This document shows positions 9,170-20,536 of a DNA stretch of 64,000 nt, piece by piece. A program made the translations under genes and the position numbers. The stretch lies in assembly GCA_963832225.1 (NCBI GenBank), contig CAWHTI010000012.1:690692-754691 (forward strand), given 5' to 3'. The DNA is from an uncultured Actinomycetes bacterium. Its GTDB lineage: Bacteria > Actinomycetota > UBA4738 > HRBIN12. How positions within the stretch are numbered: position 1 is the first letter of the stretch; every line of letters begins with the position of its first letter. Below the pieces are notes generated by a model. The model made no database searches, was not told where the DNA came from, and saw only the letters and a list, made by a program, of their open reading frames with translations.

Positions 9170-11996
9170 ATGGGATCGCCACCAGACGGGCCACGAGACA
9201 GGATGGTGGGCCGAGCGAAGGAGCATGCCGCGCTCCTCCGGTTCGTGGAGGAGCTGGCCGAGCGTCCGCGCGTGCTCCTCCTCGAGGGCGAGGCGGGGAT
9301 CGGGAAGACGACCTTGTGGCGGGCGGGCGTGGTCGCCGCCGCCGGCGCCGGTCACCGCGTCCTGGTCTCCCGCCCAGCCGAGCGCGAGACCACGCTCACC
9401 TACTCCGCGATCGGAGATCTCCTCGGCGACGTGTTCGACGAGGCGCTCGCGGACGCTCCGGCGCCCCAGCGGCGGGCGCTGGAGATCGCGCTCCTTCGCA
9501 GGACCCATGGCCCACTGCAGCCGGATCAGCGGGCGATCGCGCTCGGGGTGCTCGAGGCGTTCCGGACGCTGAGCGCCTCGTCCCCGGTGGTGATCGGGCT
9601 GGACGACATCCAGTGGCTCGACGACTCCTCGGCTCGCGCCCTCTCGTTCGCGATGCGCCGGCTGGAGGGGTATCCGGTGGGCGTCCTCGCCGCTCGGCGC
9701 CTCGCACCCGGCTCGGTGGACCCTCTCGATCTGATGGGCGCGATCGCCGCCGGGGACACCGTTCGCCTCCATGTGGGCCCGCTCGGCCTCGCGGAGGTCT
9801 CCCGCATTCTCCGGGCCGGTCTGGAGCGACCGCTCTCGCCGCCGCTCGTCGCGCGGGTGCACGAGGCCGCACGTGGGAATCCGTTCTTCGCCCTCGAGAT
9901 CGCCCACGCGCTCCGCGGCGCCGAGCCGGCGGCGGGGACGCCGCTTCCCATCGGGGGCAACGTGCGCGACGTCCTGCGCATGCGCCTCGACCGACTCTCG
10001 CCGGATGCGCGGGATGTCGCCCTCGTCGTCTCGGCGATGGCTCGCCCCACGGTCGGCGAACTTCGGATCGCACGTCCCGACCGGACGGCGACGGATCGCG
10101 GCCTGACGGAGGCGCAGGAGGCCGGCATCATCGTCGTCGAGGGCGACCACATCGGATTCGTCCATCCGTTGCTCGGCGCTGCCGTCTACTGGTCGGCCGC
10201 CGAGGGGACGAGGCAGGCCGTCCATGGCCGCCTCGCAGCGGTCACGACCGGTCTGGAGGAACGTGCCCGGCACATCGCGCTGACCGGCGCCGGCCCCGAT
10301 CCGGAACGTGCGTCGCTGGTCCAGGACGCGGCCACCCATGCGCGGCGGCGCGGGGCGCCCCTGGCCGCTGCGGAGCTCTGGGAGCTTTCGGCCGAGCTCA
10401 CCCCGCGTGATGACGAGGCGGGGCGCTGCCGCCGCATTCGGTCCGCCGCCCTGGAGCGCTGGGATGCGGGCGACGTGCCCGGCGCCCGCGCACGGTTGGA
10501 AACGCTGATCGAGACGACCACCTCCCGGCAGCAGCAGGCGATGACGCGGATGGAGGTCGCGATCAGGTCCTACAACGACGTGGACCGGGTGGACAGTCTG
10601 CTCCGGGCCGCGCTTCCGGACCTCGGTGACGAGGAGTTCTTCACCGCGATCGTGCACGCGAACCTCGCGTGGGTGGCCCTGTGTCGATTGGAGCCGGTTC
10701 GCGCCGATCGAGCATGCCCGCGCCGCGGTCGGCTTCGCCGAACGCCGTGCCGATCCGCTGGCGCTCCGCGTGGCGCTCGACGTGCTCGGTGATGCGGAGT
10801 CGCTGCTCGGGCTGGAGACGGAGCCGACGATGCGCCGGGCGTCGGCGATCGGCGTCGACCTCGGTCCCGGCGAGACGGTTCAGCCCGCGAGGATCCGCGG
10901 CAGTCAGCTCCTCCGCGAGGGGAGGATCGAGCAGGCGTTGGCGTCGGCCCGGCAGGCGGATCGCCACCTCGTCGAGTCCGGCCTCGAGCTCATGCGTCAC
11001 GACACGCTGCCCCTGCTCAGCGAGGTGGAGTGCGCTGCCGGCGAGTGGGCCACCGCGGCCCGGCACGCGGACGCGGGCTACGACATCGTCCTCGATGCGG
11101 GCCTGGATGAGCTCCGCGATCGGATGTTGTACGCGAGGGCGCGCGTCGCCGCCCTCATGGGTCGCACCACCGATGCCGAGCGGGACGCATCCGAGGGGCT
11201 CGCTCTCGCCACTGCGATGGGGCATCGTGTGACGCAGGTCGAGCATCGCAGCGTCCTGGGGTTCCTCGCGGTGTCGATGGACGATCCCCTCGAGGCCGTC
11301 CGGTTGCTGGAACCCGCCGAGCGACTGCTGGCCGGCAGCAGTGTCGCGGAGCCGGGAGCGTTCCCCTTCGTTCCCGACCTCGCCGAGGCGCTGGTGAGCG
11401 TCGGCCGGGTCGAGCGCGCGAAGGAGGTGGTCGATCGGCTGCAGGACCAGGGCGCCGCGCTCGACCGGCCGCTCGCGCTGGCCACCGCGGGGCGGTGCCG
11501 AGGGCTCATCGCGGCGGGCCTGGGCGATCCGCAGGGTGCGCTGCTCGAGCTCGAGGAGGCGCTCGCAACGCATGAGCACATCCCGATCCCGTTCGAGTCA
11601 GCGCGCACGCGTCTGATCCAGGGCGAGACGCTGCGGCGCATGAAACGGAGGCGCGAGGCCCGTGACGCCCTCGAGCGGGCACGGTCGCAGTTCGACGAGC
11701 TCGGGGCGCCGCTGTGGACGGCCAGAGCCGACGGCGCGCTGGCGAGGATCGGCGGGCGCACGGCCTCACCGACCGACCTGAGCGAGACGGAGCGACGCGT
11801 CGCCGACGTCGTCGCCCTCGGCCTCACGAACAAGGAGACCGCCGAGCGACTCTTCATGAGTGTGAACACCGTGGAATCGAACCTGCGTCGCATCTACCGC
11901 AAGCTCGGCATCAGGTCGCGCGCGGAGCTCGCCACCCGGCATCGCCCCCCGGCAGCGCCCAACGAGGACGGATCGGATCAGGTCGATCGGACGTAG
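9170..11996 (+). CDS. large ATP-binding LuxR-family regulator (AAA/STAND ATPase - TPR-like - LuxR HTH), one frameshift near 10685
   Basis: Walker A GEAGIGKTT, Walker B IGLDDIQWLDDSS, C-terminal LuxR HTH (LSETERRVADVVALGLTNKETAERLFMSVNTVESNLRRIYRKLGIRSRAEL); reading frame changes once between ORFs 9170..10792 and 10626..11996. Confidence 0.8.
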
Positions 11997-12030
11997 AGGA
12001 AGACGGGTGCTCGGCTGCTGCTCGGCGGTG

Positions 12031-12789
12031 TCATGCCGGGCTCGCAGGCACCCGGACCGTGGCGATCACCCGCTCCGCCCGTGGTGCGAAGACCCCCATG
12101 TCGGTCGATCCATCGGGGGAGATGACGGCGACGAACAGGTGGTCCACGCCCCCGTAGGTCACGTCGGAGAGATAGAAGCGCTGCACCTCGGTTCCGGCGA
12201 TCCCGAAGACGCCGTCCCACTGGGGGAATCCCAGGAAGAGGGCGCAGGTCCGCACGCGACACCACGGATTGTCCCGCTCGTCGTTGACGGCGTCGGCGGC
12301 CACGCGGATGTCGACCACGGTGGCCGGCAGTGCCCCGATCGATCCCTCGGAGGATCCGGAGACGTCCAGCTGCGTGCTCGATCTGAGACCGCGCAGCAAC
12401 CCGGCGGCGGTCATCGGCACCCGGACACGCCTGCCGTCCTCGACGGGATAGGTGTCGACCCAGAAGAGGATCCGATCCTGATGGGACGCCACGGAGAACT
12501 CGCCCGTGCTGTCCTCCGGACTCGTCCAGCCGGCGTCGACGGTCAGCCGCATCTCGCCCCCGAAGAACCAACCGGTCTCGTACTCGCCCGGGGACAGGCG
12601 CCCCGGCTCGATGATCCCGGTGGGTCCACAGGCGGGGATGCAACCGTCGATCTCGTCCGGCTCGGCGTCGGCATCAGGCGATCTCGCTGCCTGCGCCGAT
12701 GCCGGCGGGGCCACGGATTCGGGGGGGACGCCGGCATCGTCGCACGCCGGACCGAGCATCGCGCAGACGACGAGCACGATCCGCACCAT
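12031..12789 (-). CDS. lipoprotein, unknown function
   Basis: MVRIVLVVCAMLGPACDD lipobox-like signal; paralogous to the adjacent gene 12843..13586 (shared GxYxTGWxxGG / GWT motifs). Confidence 0.5.
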   Translation of the reverse strand: MVRIVLVVCAMLGPACDDAGVPPESVAPPASAQAARSPDADAEPDEIDGCIPACGPTGIIEPGRLSPGEYETGWFFGGEMRLTVDAGWTSPEDSTGEFSVASHQDRILFWVDTYPVEDGRRVRVPMTAAGLLRGLRSSTQLDVSGSSEGSIGALPATVVDIRVAADAVNDERDNPWCRVRTCALFLGFPQWDGVFGIAGTEVQRFYLSDVTYGGVDHLFVAVISPDGSTDMGVFAPRAERVIATVRVPASPA

Positions 12790-12842
12790 CCAGCTGTGCG
12801 TGTCGATCCCGTTCGTTCCGTTGCGCAACGGCGAGCGGGGCA

Positions 12843-13586
12843 TCAGCCCTGCCATGAGAACGCCAACGACGCGACGATCTCGCCGCCGGTCTCGAGCAGC
12901 TCGCCGTGTGGCAGGCCGCCCGGATCGTCCTCGACGTTCACGATGAGGACGCCCGTATCGGTCTCGAGGATGTGCCACCGCAGCGATTGTCCGCGGACGA
13001 TGGCCCAGTTGTACCCGCCCAGCCGGGCCCCGTTGTAGATCAGCGGCACCACCGGCTTGCCCTCGCTGAAGAAGCACGTGCGCTTCCACGCCGGATCGAT
13101 CCGGAGATCGAGCTGCATCCCCTCGAGTCCGCCGACCGTGACCGGAGTCGGTTCGCTCACGTCGAGGCCGGGCGCCGCCTCGAGCCACGTGACGAGGTCA
13201 TCCACGGACCGGCCGACGCCAGGCTCCTCCGTCTCCCGGCAGTCCTGCGACGCGATGGCGGGATCGTGGAGGAAGTAGACACCGTCGGGGATGTAGAGGC
13301 CCTCGACCGAGGCGGTATCGCCGGACACGATCCGGAAGCCGCCGGAGTAGTACCACGTCCATCCGGGCGACGGGATCTCGAAATCGATCGTCGGCTCGGA
13401 GAAGGTCCACCGGTACTGGCCCGGCTCGAGCGGTCCCTGACACGGCAGGACCGGGCAGTCCGAGAGGATGCGGGGGCCCGGTGTGGTGCGCTCGGCGGGT
13501 GTCACACGGGGTGGATCCTCCGCCGCCGAGCACGCGACGGCGACGAACATGGCGGCTCCCACCATGACCCTCATCGCGCGCTGCAT
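12843..13586 (-). CDS. lipoprotein, unknown function (paralog of 12031..12789)
   Basis: Signal peptide MQRAMRVMVGAAMFVAVACSAAED with lipobox Cys; 247 aa. Confidence 0.55.
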   Translation of the reverse strand: MQRAMRVMVGAAMFVAVACSAAEDPPRVTPAERTTPGPRILSDCPVLPCQGPLEPGQYRWTFSEPTIDFEIPSPGWTWYYSGGFRIVSGDTASVEGLYIPDGVYFLHDPAIASQDCRETEEPGVGRSVDDLVTWLEAAPGLDVSEPTPVTVGGLEGMQLDLRIDPAWKRTCFFSEGKPVVPLIYNGARLGGYNWAIVRGQSLRWHILETDTGVLIVNVEDDPGGLPHGELLETGGEIVASLAFSWQG

Positions 13587-13697
13587 CGCCCTTCCCTTCC
13601 ACGCGAGCCGGCGGCCGCGGACGCAGCCGCTCTCCGGCGTCCGACGTTAGGCCAGCGTTAGGCCGAGGCAACCCCGGGAATCCGTGCGATTGATGCG

Positions 13698-16383
13698 GTG
13701 GTGGGGAACTACCGGGCCTCCGTTCCCCTGACGTACTGTGCTGCGATGCGCGACCTGCCCACCGGCACGGTGACGTTCCTGTTCTCCGACATCGAGGGGT
13801 CGACCCGGATGCTGCAGGGGCTCGGGCGCGACGGCTTCGTGCGCCAGCTGGACCGACACGCCGAGATCCTGCGGACCGCGATCGCCGAGCAGGGGGGTGT
13901 CGAGATCCGTACCGAGGGCGACTCGTTCTTCGTGGCGTTCGCATCGGCGGAGGCCGCGGTGAGAACGGCCGTGGCCGCCCAGCGTGGGCTCGCGGCGCAT
14001 CCGTGGGACGACGGAGCCGCCGTTCGGGTCCGGATCGGGATGCACACGGGCGAGGGCGAGCTGGGCGGCGACGACTACGTCGGCATCGACGTCCACAAGG
14101 CCGCCCGCATCGCCGCCAGCGGCCACGGCGGGCAGGTGGTGCTCTCCGGACGCCACGCGGACGTTGCTGGCGGACCGGCTCCCCGACGGCGTCGCTCTCC
14201 GCGCGTTGGGAGCGCACAAGTTGAAGGACTTCGATCGCGACGAGCCGCTGCACGACCTCGTGATCGAGGGGCTGGAGGCAGGGCTTCCCCCCGCTCTCGA
14301 CGGCGGGCGGACGCCGGACGAACCTGCCGGAGCCGCGGACCTCGTTCGTCGGTCGCGGCTCGGCGATCGCGGAGGTCGGTGCGATGCTCGACGACGCCCG
14401 ACTGGTGACGCTTGACCGGCCCCGGCGGCACCGGCAAGACCCGGCTCGCGCTCGAGGTCGCGGCCGCGCGCCTCGATCGGTACGACGAGGTCACGTTCGT
14501 CGACCTGAGCCCCCTCGACGACGCCTCGCTCGTGATGCCGGCGATAGCCGCCGCGTTGCGCGTGCGCGCGACGCCCGGCGCCGACCCCTCGCAGGCGTTG
14601 TACGAGCGGCTGCGCCGGGCAGACCACCTGCTGGTGCTCGACAACCTGGAGCAGCTCGCGTCCGAGGCCTCGTTCGTCGGCGACCTGCTGGATGCGGCGC
14701 CCCAGCTCACGGTGCTCGCCACCAGCCGCATCGTGCTGCACGTGGCGGGGGAGCGGGAGTACCGGGTAGCCCCGCTCGAGCTCCCCGGCGGCGCGGACGA
14801 GCTCGACGTGTCCGCCGATCGCGTCATCGGAGGCGGTGCGTCTCTTCGCGGAACGCGCCTCCGCGTCGGATCCGGGATTCGAGGTGACCCAGGGGAACGC
14901 GGCGGCCGTCGCCGAGATCGTCGCCCGGCTCGACGGGCTGCCGCTCGCCCTCGAGCTGGCGGCGAGCCGGCTTCGCGTCCTCGATCCTGCGACGCTGGCC
15001 GGCCGCCTCGGGGAGCGGCTCCCGCTGCTGACGGGCGGGCCGCGCGACGCGCCCGAGCGCCAGCGGACCCTCGAGGAGACGATCAGGTGGAGCGAGGAGG
15101 CGCTGCCCGACGATGCTCGACGCCTGTTCGCACGGCTCGCCGTGTTCCCCGGTGGGTGCACGGTCGAGACCGCCGAGGCGGCCTGCGGCGCCGACGTCGA
15201 CGTGCTGGACGGGCTCGGCGTGCTCATGGATCACAGCCTCGTCCGGCGGCTGGACGCGCCGGACGGATCGGTGCGGTTCACGATGCTCGAGACGATCCGC
15301 GAGTACGCCGCCACACGGTTCGCGTCGTTCGACCCCGACGAGCGGTCCTCGATCGAGCGGTTGCAGGCCGAAGGGGTCCGAGACCTCGCCGAGCGCGCGG
15401 AACCGCACATCACGGGGCAGCAGCAGCTCCGCTGGCTGGAGACGCTCGACCTCGAGCTCGAGAACATCCGGGCCGCGCTCGACCGAGCCGAACACGCCAC
15501 GGATCCCGACGAGGTCGCGACGGGGTTGCGTACGGCGGCGGCGCTCTGGCGCTACTGGCAGCGACGCGGCCACTTCGCCGAGGGGCGGGCGAGGCTCGAG
15601 CGACTCCTCTCGCTGCCGGGAGCGCAGGCACGCGACGCCCCCCGAGCTCGGGCGCTCGGCGCGCTCGGCAGCATCGACTACTGGCTCATGAACTACGACG
15701 CGATGAGCGCGTCGTACGAGGAGGCCGCCGACATCGCCCGTGCGCTCGGGGATCGTCGGCTCCTCGCCAGAGCGCTGCTCAACCTGTCGTTCACGCCGGT
15801 CTCCTCGGGACACCCCGAGGAAGCGCAGCGGCTGCTCGAGCAGTGCCTGGAGGTCGTCGAGCCGGACGACCTCTCGATGCAGGCGGAGATCTGGAGCGGC
15901 ATCGGGTTCGGGCGGCTCCTCTCTGGGGACGCGGTCGGGGCGACGGAACCGATCGAGCGGAGCATCTCTCTGTACCGCGAGGTCGCCGAGCAGCTCGCGC
16001 TGTGCGAGGCGTTGCTCGCGCTGACCGGGGTGTACCTGGTGAGCGAGCGCCTGGACGAGGGCCTCCCGTATCTCGCCGAGGCCGCGGCGATCGCGAGCGC
16101 CTCCGGGAACCCGATCCTGCTGGCGACCGTTCTGTTCCCCCACGCCCTGCTCGCGAACATCATGGGGCGCCCGAGCCGGGCCGCGCTTCTGGTCGGCGCG
16201 TCGAACCGGCTCGAACGCGACTACGACGTGCACTTCCCCGAGATCGGCCTCGCGTTCTTCGGGGACCCCGCCGATCAAGCGCGCGCCGCACTCGGCGACG
16301 AGGCGTTCGAGCACGGGCAGGCCAAGGGCGACGCGATGACGCTCGCGCAGATGATCGAGCTCCTCGAGGACGACGCCGAGTAG
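13698..16383 (+). pseudogene. adenylate/guanylate cyclase (class III CHD) - STAND ATPase - TPR regulator, at least 3 frameshifts (about 14148, 14405, 14830)
   Basis: CHD motifs FLFSDIEGST, GDSFFVAFAS, GIDVHKAARIAASGHGGQVVLS; Walker A TGPGGTGKTRLAL; TPR-like region to 16383; protein continuity only recovered by switching among frames of ORFs 13698..14408, 13984..14415, 14412.., 14836..16383. Confidence 0.75.
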
Positions 16384-16475
16384 GTCCCTCGGTCCCGCCA
16401 CGGACCTCGCCGTCGAGCCGGCCCGACCACCACCGGAGCGGTACGCTCGGAGCCACCGGCCGAAGGAATCCGCAC

Positions 16476-19400
16476 GTGTCAGTCCCGGATCCGAACACGA
16501 CGGCGCTCGCGCCGCTGCTCGAGGCCTTCTCCCCGATGGCGCTGCACGTCCGCCGATCCTCGGGCCCGGTCGTCGGTCGCCAGGCCGAGCAGGACGCGAT
16601 CCGTCAGGAGCTGGCGTCGGCCACCGCCGGCCACCTCGCGGGGCTGACGTTCGAGGGCGAGCCCGGCATCGGCAAGACGCGGCTGCTGCTCGCCGCGGCT
16701 GAGATGGCCTCGGCGGCCGGGTTCACGACGATCGCGGTGACCGCCGACGAGGAGCTCCGCGGCCCGTTCCTGCTCGCGCGCTCGGTCCTGGGATCGGCGG
16801 CCTCCGCGCCGGTCGCCCGGGACCGGCCCGAGGTCGGCGAGGCGCTCACCCGGGGCCTCGACGCGATGTCGGGTCAGGACGATCCGGGCCTCGCGACGCT
16901 CCCCGCCGATCGCCGCCTGCTGCGCACGTTCGATCTGGGCGCCGTCGCGTTCCGAGCCGCCGCCGCCGAGGCGCCGCTCGCCGTTCTCATCGACGACCTC
17001 CAGTGGAGCGACGACGACAGCCTGCGTCTGCTCCGCTACGTGGTTCGCTCCATCGCCACGAGCCCGATCTTCCTGCTGTTCGCGATCCGCCCGGAGGAGC
17101 TCGCGCTCGTGACCGAGGCGGTGAACCTGCTCGCCGACATGGAGCGGATGGGCCTCGTCCGGCGCATGAGGGTCGACCGGCTCACGCGGCCCGAGACGCG
17201 GACGCTGATCGCCTCGGTCCTCGGAGGTCCGGTCGACGAGGGCGGCGCGTCGGTCATGCACACGCAGGCCGAGGGCGTCCCGTTCATCGTCGAGGAGATG
17301 GCCCGCGCCTACCGCGACGGCGGGATGGTGCAGCAGATCGACGGCGTGTGGAGGCTCGCCGGCAACACCGAGCGGCTCGTGCCCTCGGCGGTGCGGACGC
17401 TGATCTCGCGGCGCACCGCGCATCTGCCCGACGAGACGAAGGGGCTGCTCGCCGTCGCCGCGGTCCTCGGCCGCCGGTTCAGTCTGGAGGACCTGCGCGA
17501 GGTCGAGGTCCGCGTGGACACCGAGCGGCCCGCTCCGGATCCCGACCTGCTCGCGCGTACCCTCGTCCCGGCCGTGACCGCCGGGCTGCTCGCCGAGCAC
17601 GACGAGGCTGCGGCCGCGGACTACAGCTTCCTGCACGAGCAGGTCCGTGACTTCGCCGCGACGACGCTCACGCCGGCGCGACGTCGTGCGATCCATGCGG
17701 CGATCGTCGAGCTGCTGCTGTCGGGCGAGCCGTCGCCCGCGAGCCTGCCCCTGCTCGCCCACCACGCGAAGGCGGCGGGCAACGCCGCCGTGTGCGTGCG
17801 GTTCTCGGTGGAGGCGAGCCGCAACGCGCTCGCCGCCAACGCTCCCGAGGAGGTCCTGCGCGTCGTCGAGGTGGCGCTCCCGTCTGCAGCCTCCCCCAGG
17901 AGCGGCTCGAGCTGCTGGAGGCGCGCGATCGCGCGTTCGACATGCTCCGGCGGCCGACGGACCGCCTCGAGGGCCTCGCCGAGCTGAGCGCGCTCGCGGA
18001 AGCGCTGGGCAACTCGCACCTGGAGCTCGACGTGCGACTGCGCCGCGCTGCCGCGCTCCGTACGGCCGAGGAGTACGACCGGGCCGTCGAGCTCGCGCGC
18101 GAGGTCCGGCCGCTCGCGAAGGAGCGGGGCGAGGCCGACGTGGAGCTCGCCGCGTGCATGGAACTGGGGCAGGACCTCCTGCGTGCGACCGCGGGCGAGG
18201 CGTTCGTCCCCACGCCTCGCGAGGTGGACCTGGACGCGGCGGAGGAGGCGTTCCGTGCAGCGGTCGAGCTGGCCCGCGAGCTCGGCGACGACGCCACGCT
18301 CGCCACGGCCCTGCGGGAGATCGCGGTCGTGCAGCTCGGCCGGATCCGCGCGTGGTTCGTCGAGCAGTTGGAGATCGGCGCCCATCTCCCGATCGTCCAA
18401 CGGATCGCCGCCGGCGAGGCGCTCGAGGACATCGTGCTCGAGTTGCCGATCGCGCCGATCGTGCAGGAGGCGCACGAGCTGCTGCAGCAGGCGCTCGAGA
18501 TCTTCGAACGGCTCGGCGACCGGCGCGGGGCGATGGCCACGATCATCGCGATGGGCTACCACAGCTGGGCGGCCGACATCCATCTGGGTTCGGGCTCGGC
18601 ACGCCACATCGAGGAGATCCGCCGGCTCACGTCGAAGGCGAAGGCGTTCACGAACGAGAGTGAGCGCGCGGCGTTCGAGGCGCAGATGCTCTTCGGCGTC
18701 CACGTGTTCGCCCGGGCCAAGCTGATCCCCGACCTCGCGATCTCCAGGGGGGAGCAGGCCTGCCACCACGCGCGGGAGATGGGGGATCGCTCGCTGGAGT
18801 TCGCGGCCGCCGGCGGCACGGCGATGGCGTACCTGGACCTGGGCGACGTGGCGCCGGCGGAGCCCTGGATCGAGCGCGCCGCCGCGATCGCGTCGGAGCA
18901 CCCGACGCCGCTGCGGGCGCGCCGTCTGGAGACGTGGCGCGGGATGGTCGCCGCCACTGCGGGGGACGCCGGGGGGATGCGGACGCACCTCGAGCGGGCG
19001 GTGCAGCTCGCGGCCGAGTCGGGCCTGCCCGCGGCGAGGTGCGAGGCGCTGGCCCGCCTGGCGTTGGAGGCGGCCCGGCTGGGCGCCGAGGGAGCCGACG
19101 ACGACCTCCTCGACGCTGCGGAGCGGGCGGCGAACGAGGCGAGGGAACTGGCGGCCGCGATGCCCGGGCATCCGCCGTGGGGTGCGGAGGCAGATGCGGC
19201 ACTGGCCCGGATCGAGCTCGCGCGGGGTCGGGAGGACCGGGCCGCCGGCCACGCCCGCAGCGCGCTGCACGCGATCGAGTCCGCGAGGCACGAGGACGCG
19301 CACCTCGACGTCGCGGTGCCGGTGGCGAACGCGCTCGTCGCGGCCGGGGCGCCGGAGTGGGAGATGCTCCGTCCGTTCCTGCAGCAGACCCTCGCGATGA

Positions 19401-19717
19401 TCGCGCAGCGGACCGTGGACGAGGACGTGCGCGTGCGGTGGTTCCGCGGCCCGATCGGACGCGAGCTGACGCGGCTCGTGGGACCGGTCGACCCGCTGCC
19501 CGCCGCCGACGGCGTCAAGAAGGCGAGCAGGACGGGGGCGCGGACGCGGCGCTGTTGAAGAGCCTGATACAGGGGAAGACGAACGGTGAGATCGCCGAGG
19601 AGCTCGGGATCGACGAACCGTCCGTCGCGACGACGACTCGCGGAGCTGTACACGCACATCGGCGCGTCGTCGCGCGCCGAGGCCACCGCGTTCGCGTTCC
19701 GGGAGCGGGTCCTGTGA
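16476..19717 (+). pseudogene. large ATP-binding LuxR-family regulator (ATPase-TPR-LuxR HTH), about 3 frameshifts (about 17880, 19540, 19630)
   Basis: GTG start with GAAGGA RBS; Walker A GEPGIGKTRLL, Walker B LIDDLQWSDDDS; long TPR region (ORF 17792..19558); LuxR HTH split over two further frames (LLKSLIQGKTNGEIAEELGIDEPSVA ... RLAELYTHIGASSRAEATAFAFRERVL stop at 19717). Confidence 0.75.
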
Positions 19718-19720
19718 GGC

Positions 19721-19756
19721 GCGGGTGGGAGGGGCGCCGCGGGTGGGAGGGGCGCC
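19721..19756. repeat. perfect 18-bp tandem duplication (gcgggtgggaggggcgcc x2) carrying a GGGAGG Shine-Dalgarno, immediately upstream of the ferredoxin-cyclase start codon
   Basis: Read directly: gcgggtgggaggggcgcc gcgggtgggaggggcgcc gaag ATG. Confidence 0.8.
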
Positions 19757-19760
19757 GAAG

Positions 19761-20495
19761 ATGCCGCTGAGGGCCCGCGTCGACCGTCATCGCTGCATCG
19801 GTGCAGGCACGTGTATCACGATCGCTCCCACCGCCTTCGACTGGCACGAGGGGGACTTCGCGAAGGCCGGCGTCATCGACGCGGCGAGCGTCGAGGACGA
19901 GGTGCTCCGCGAGGCGGCGCTCGCCTGCCCGACGGCCGCCATCACGGTGGAGGAGGTCGAGGAACTGTTGCCGTGGCAGCTACGGGGCAGGGAGGCGCCG
20001 CGTCGCGTCGAGAAGACGTTCATGTTCACCGACATCGAGGGGTCGACGAACCTCGTGGAGGCGCTCGGAGACGAGGCGTGGCAGGGCGTGCTGCGGTGGC
20101 ACGACGAGACGCTGCGTCTGCTCTTCGCCGAGCACAAGGGCGAGGAGGTCGTCGCGACCGGCGACGGGTTCTTCGTGGGGTTCGACTCGCCGGATCAGGC
20201 GCTCGCGTGCGCCGTGGCGATCCAGCGCCAGCTCGCGGAGCATCGGCGGACGGCCGGGTTCGCGCCGAAGGTGAGGATCGGTGTGCACGCCTCCGGTGCG
20301 ACGCAGGTGGGGAAGAACTTCTCGGGCAAGGGCGTGCACGAGGCGGCCAGGATCGCGGCGCTCGCCGGTGGCGACCAGATCCTGTCGAGCCGAACGACGG
20401 CCGCCGACGGGAGGTTCCCGATCTCGGAGGCGGAGACCGTCACCCTCCGAGGGACGTCCGAGCCCGTCGAGATCGTCACGGTCGACTGGTCGTAG
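19761..20495 (+). CDS. ferredoxin-domain / class III adenylate cyclase (CHD) fusion protein
   Basis: N-terminal single-cluster ferredoxin motif (RHRCIGAGTCITIAP ... ALACPTAAI), then CHD motifs FMFTDIEGSTNLVE, GDGFFVGFDSPDQA, KVRIGVHASG, GVHEAARIAALAGGDQILSS. Confidence 0.8.
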   Translation: MPLRARVDRHRCIGAGTCITIAPTAFDWHEGDFAKAGVIDAASVEDEVLREAALACPTAAITVEEVEELLPWQLRGREAPRRVEKTFMFTDIEGSTNLVEALGDEAWQGVLRWHDETLRLLFAEHKGEEVVATGDGFFVGFDSPDQALACAVAIQRQLAEHRRTAGFAPKVRIGVHASGATQVGKNFSGKGVHEAARIAALAGGDQILSSRTTAADGRFPISEAETVTLRGTSEPVEIVTVDWS

Positions 20496-20536
20496 CGAAC
20501 CCCGGGCTGGCGTCGGCGGTTCGCAGGTGGTCGTTC

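Noticed and set aside
9059-10657. 532-aa minus-strand ORF
   Set aside because: Antisense to the LuxR-STAND gene, which has clear Walker motifs on the plus strand.
14412-17987. Apparent single 1191-aa ORF spanning two regulator genes
   Set aside because: Only its first ~140 codons (Walker A region) and the part after 16476 are real coding sequence. The middle is an out-of-frame, stop-free read-through typical of high-GC DNA. The true first gene ends at 16383 in another frame (ORF 14836..16383) and the second gene starts at GTG 16476.
17621-19657. 678-aa minus-strand ORF
   Set aside because: Antisense to the TPR region of the second LuxR-STAND gene. Low complexity. Shadow ORF.
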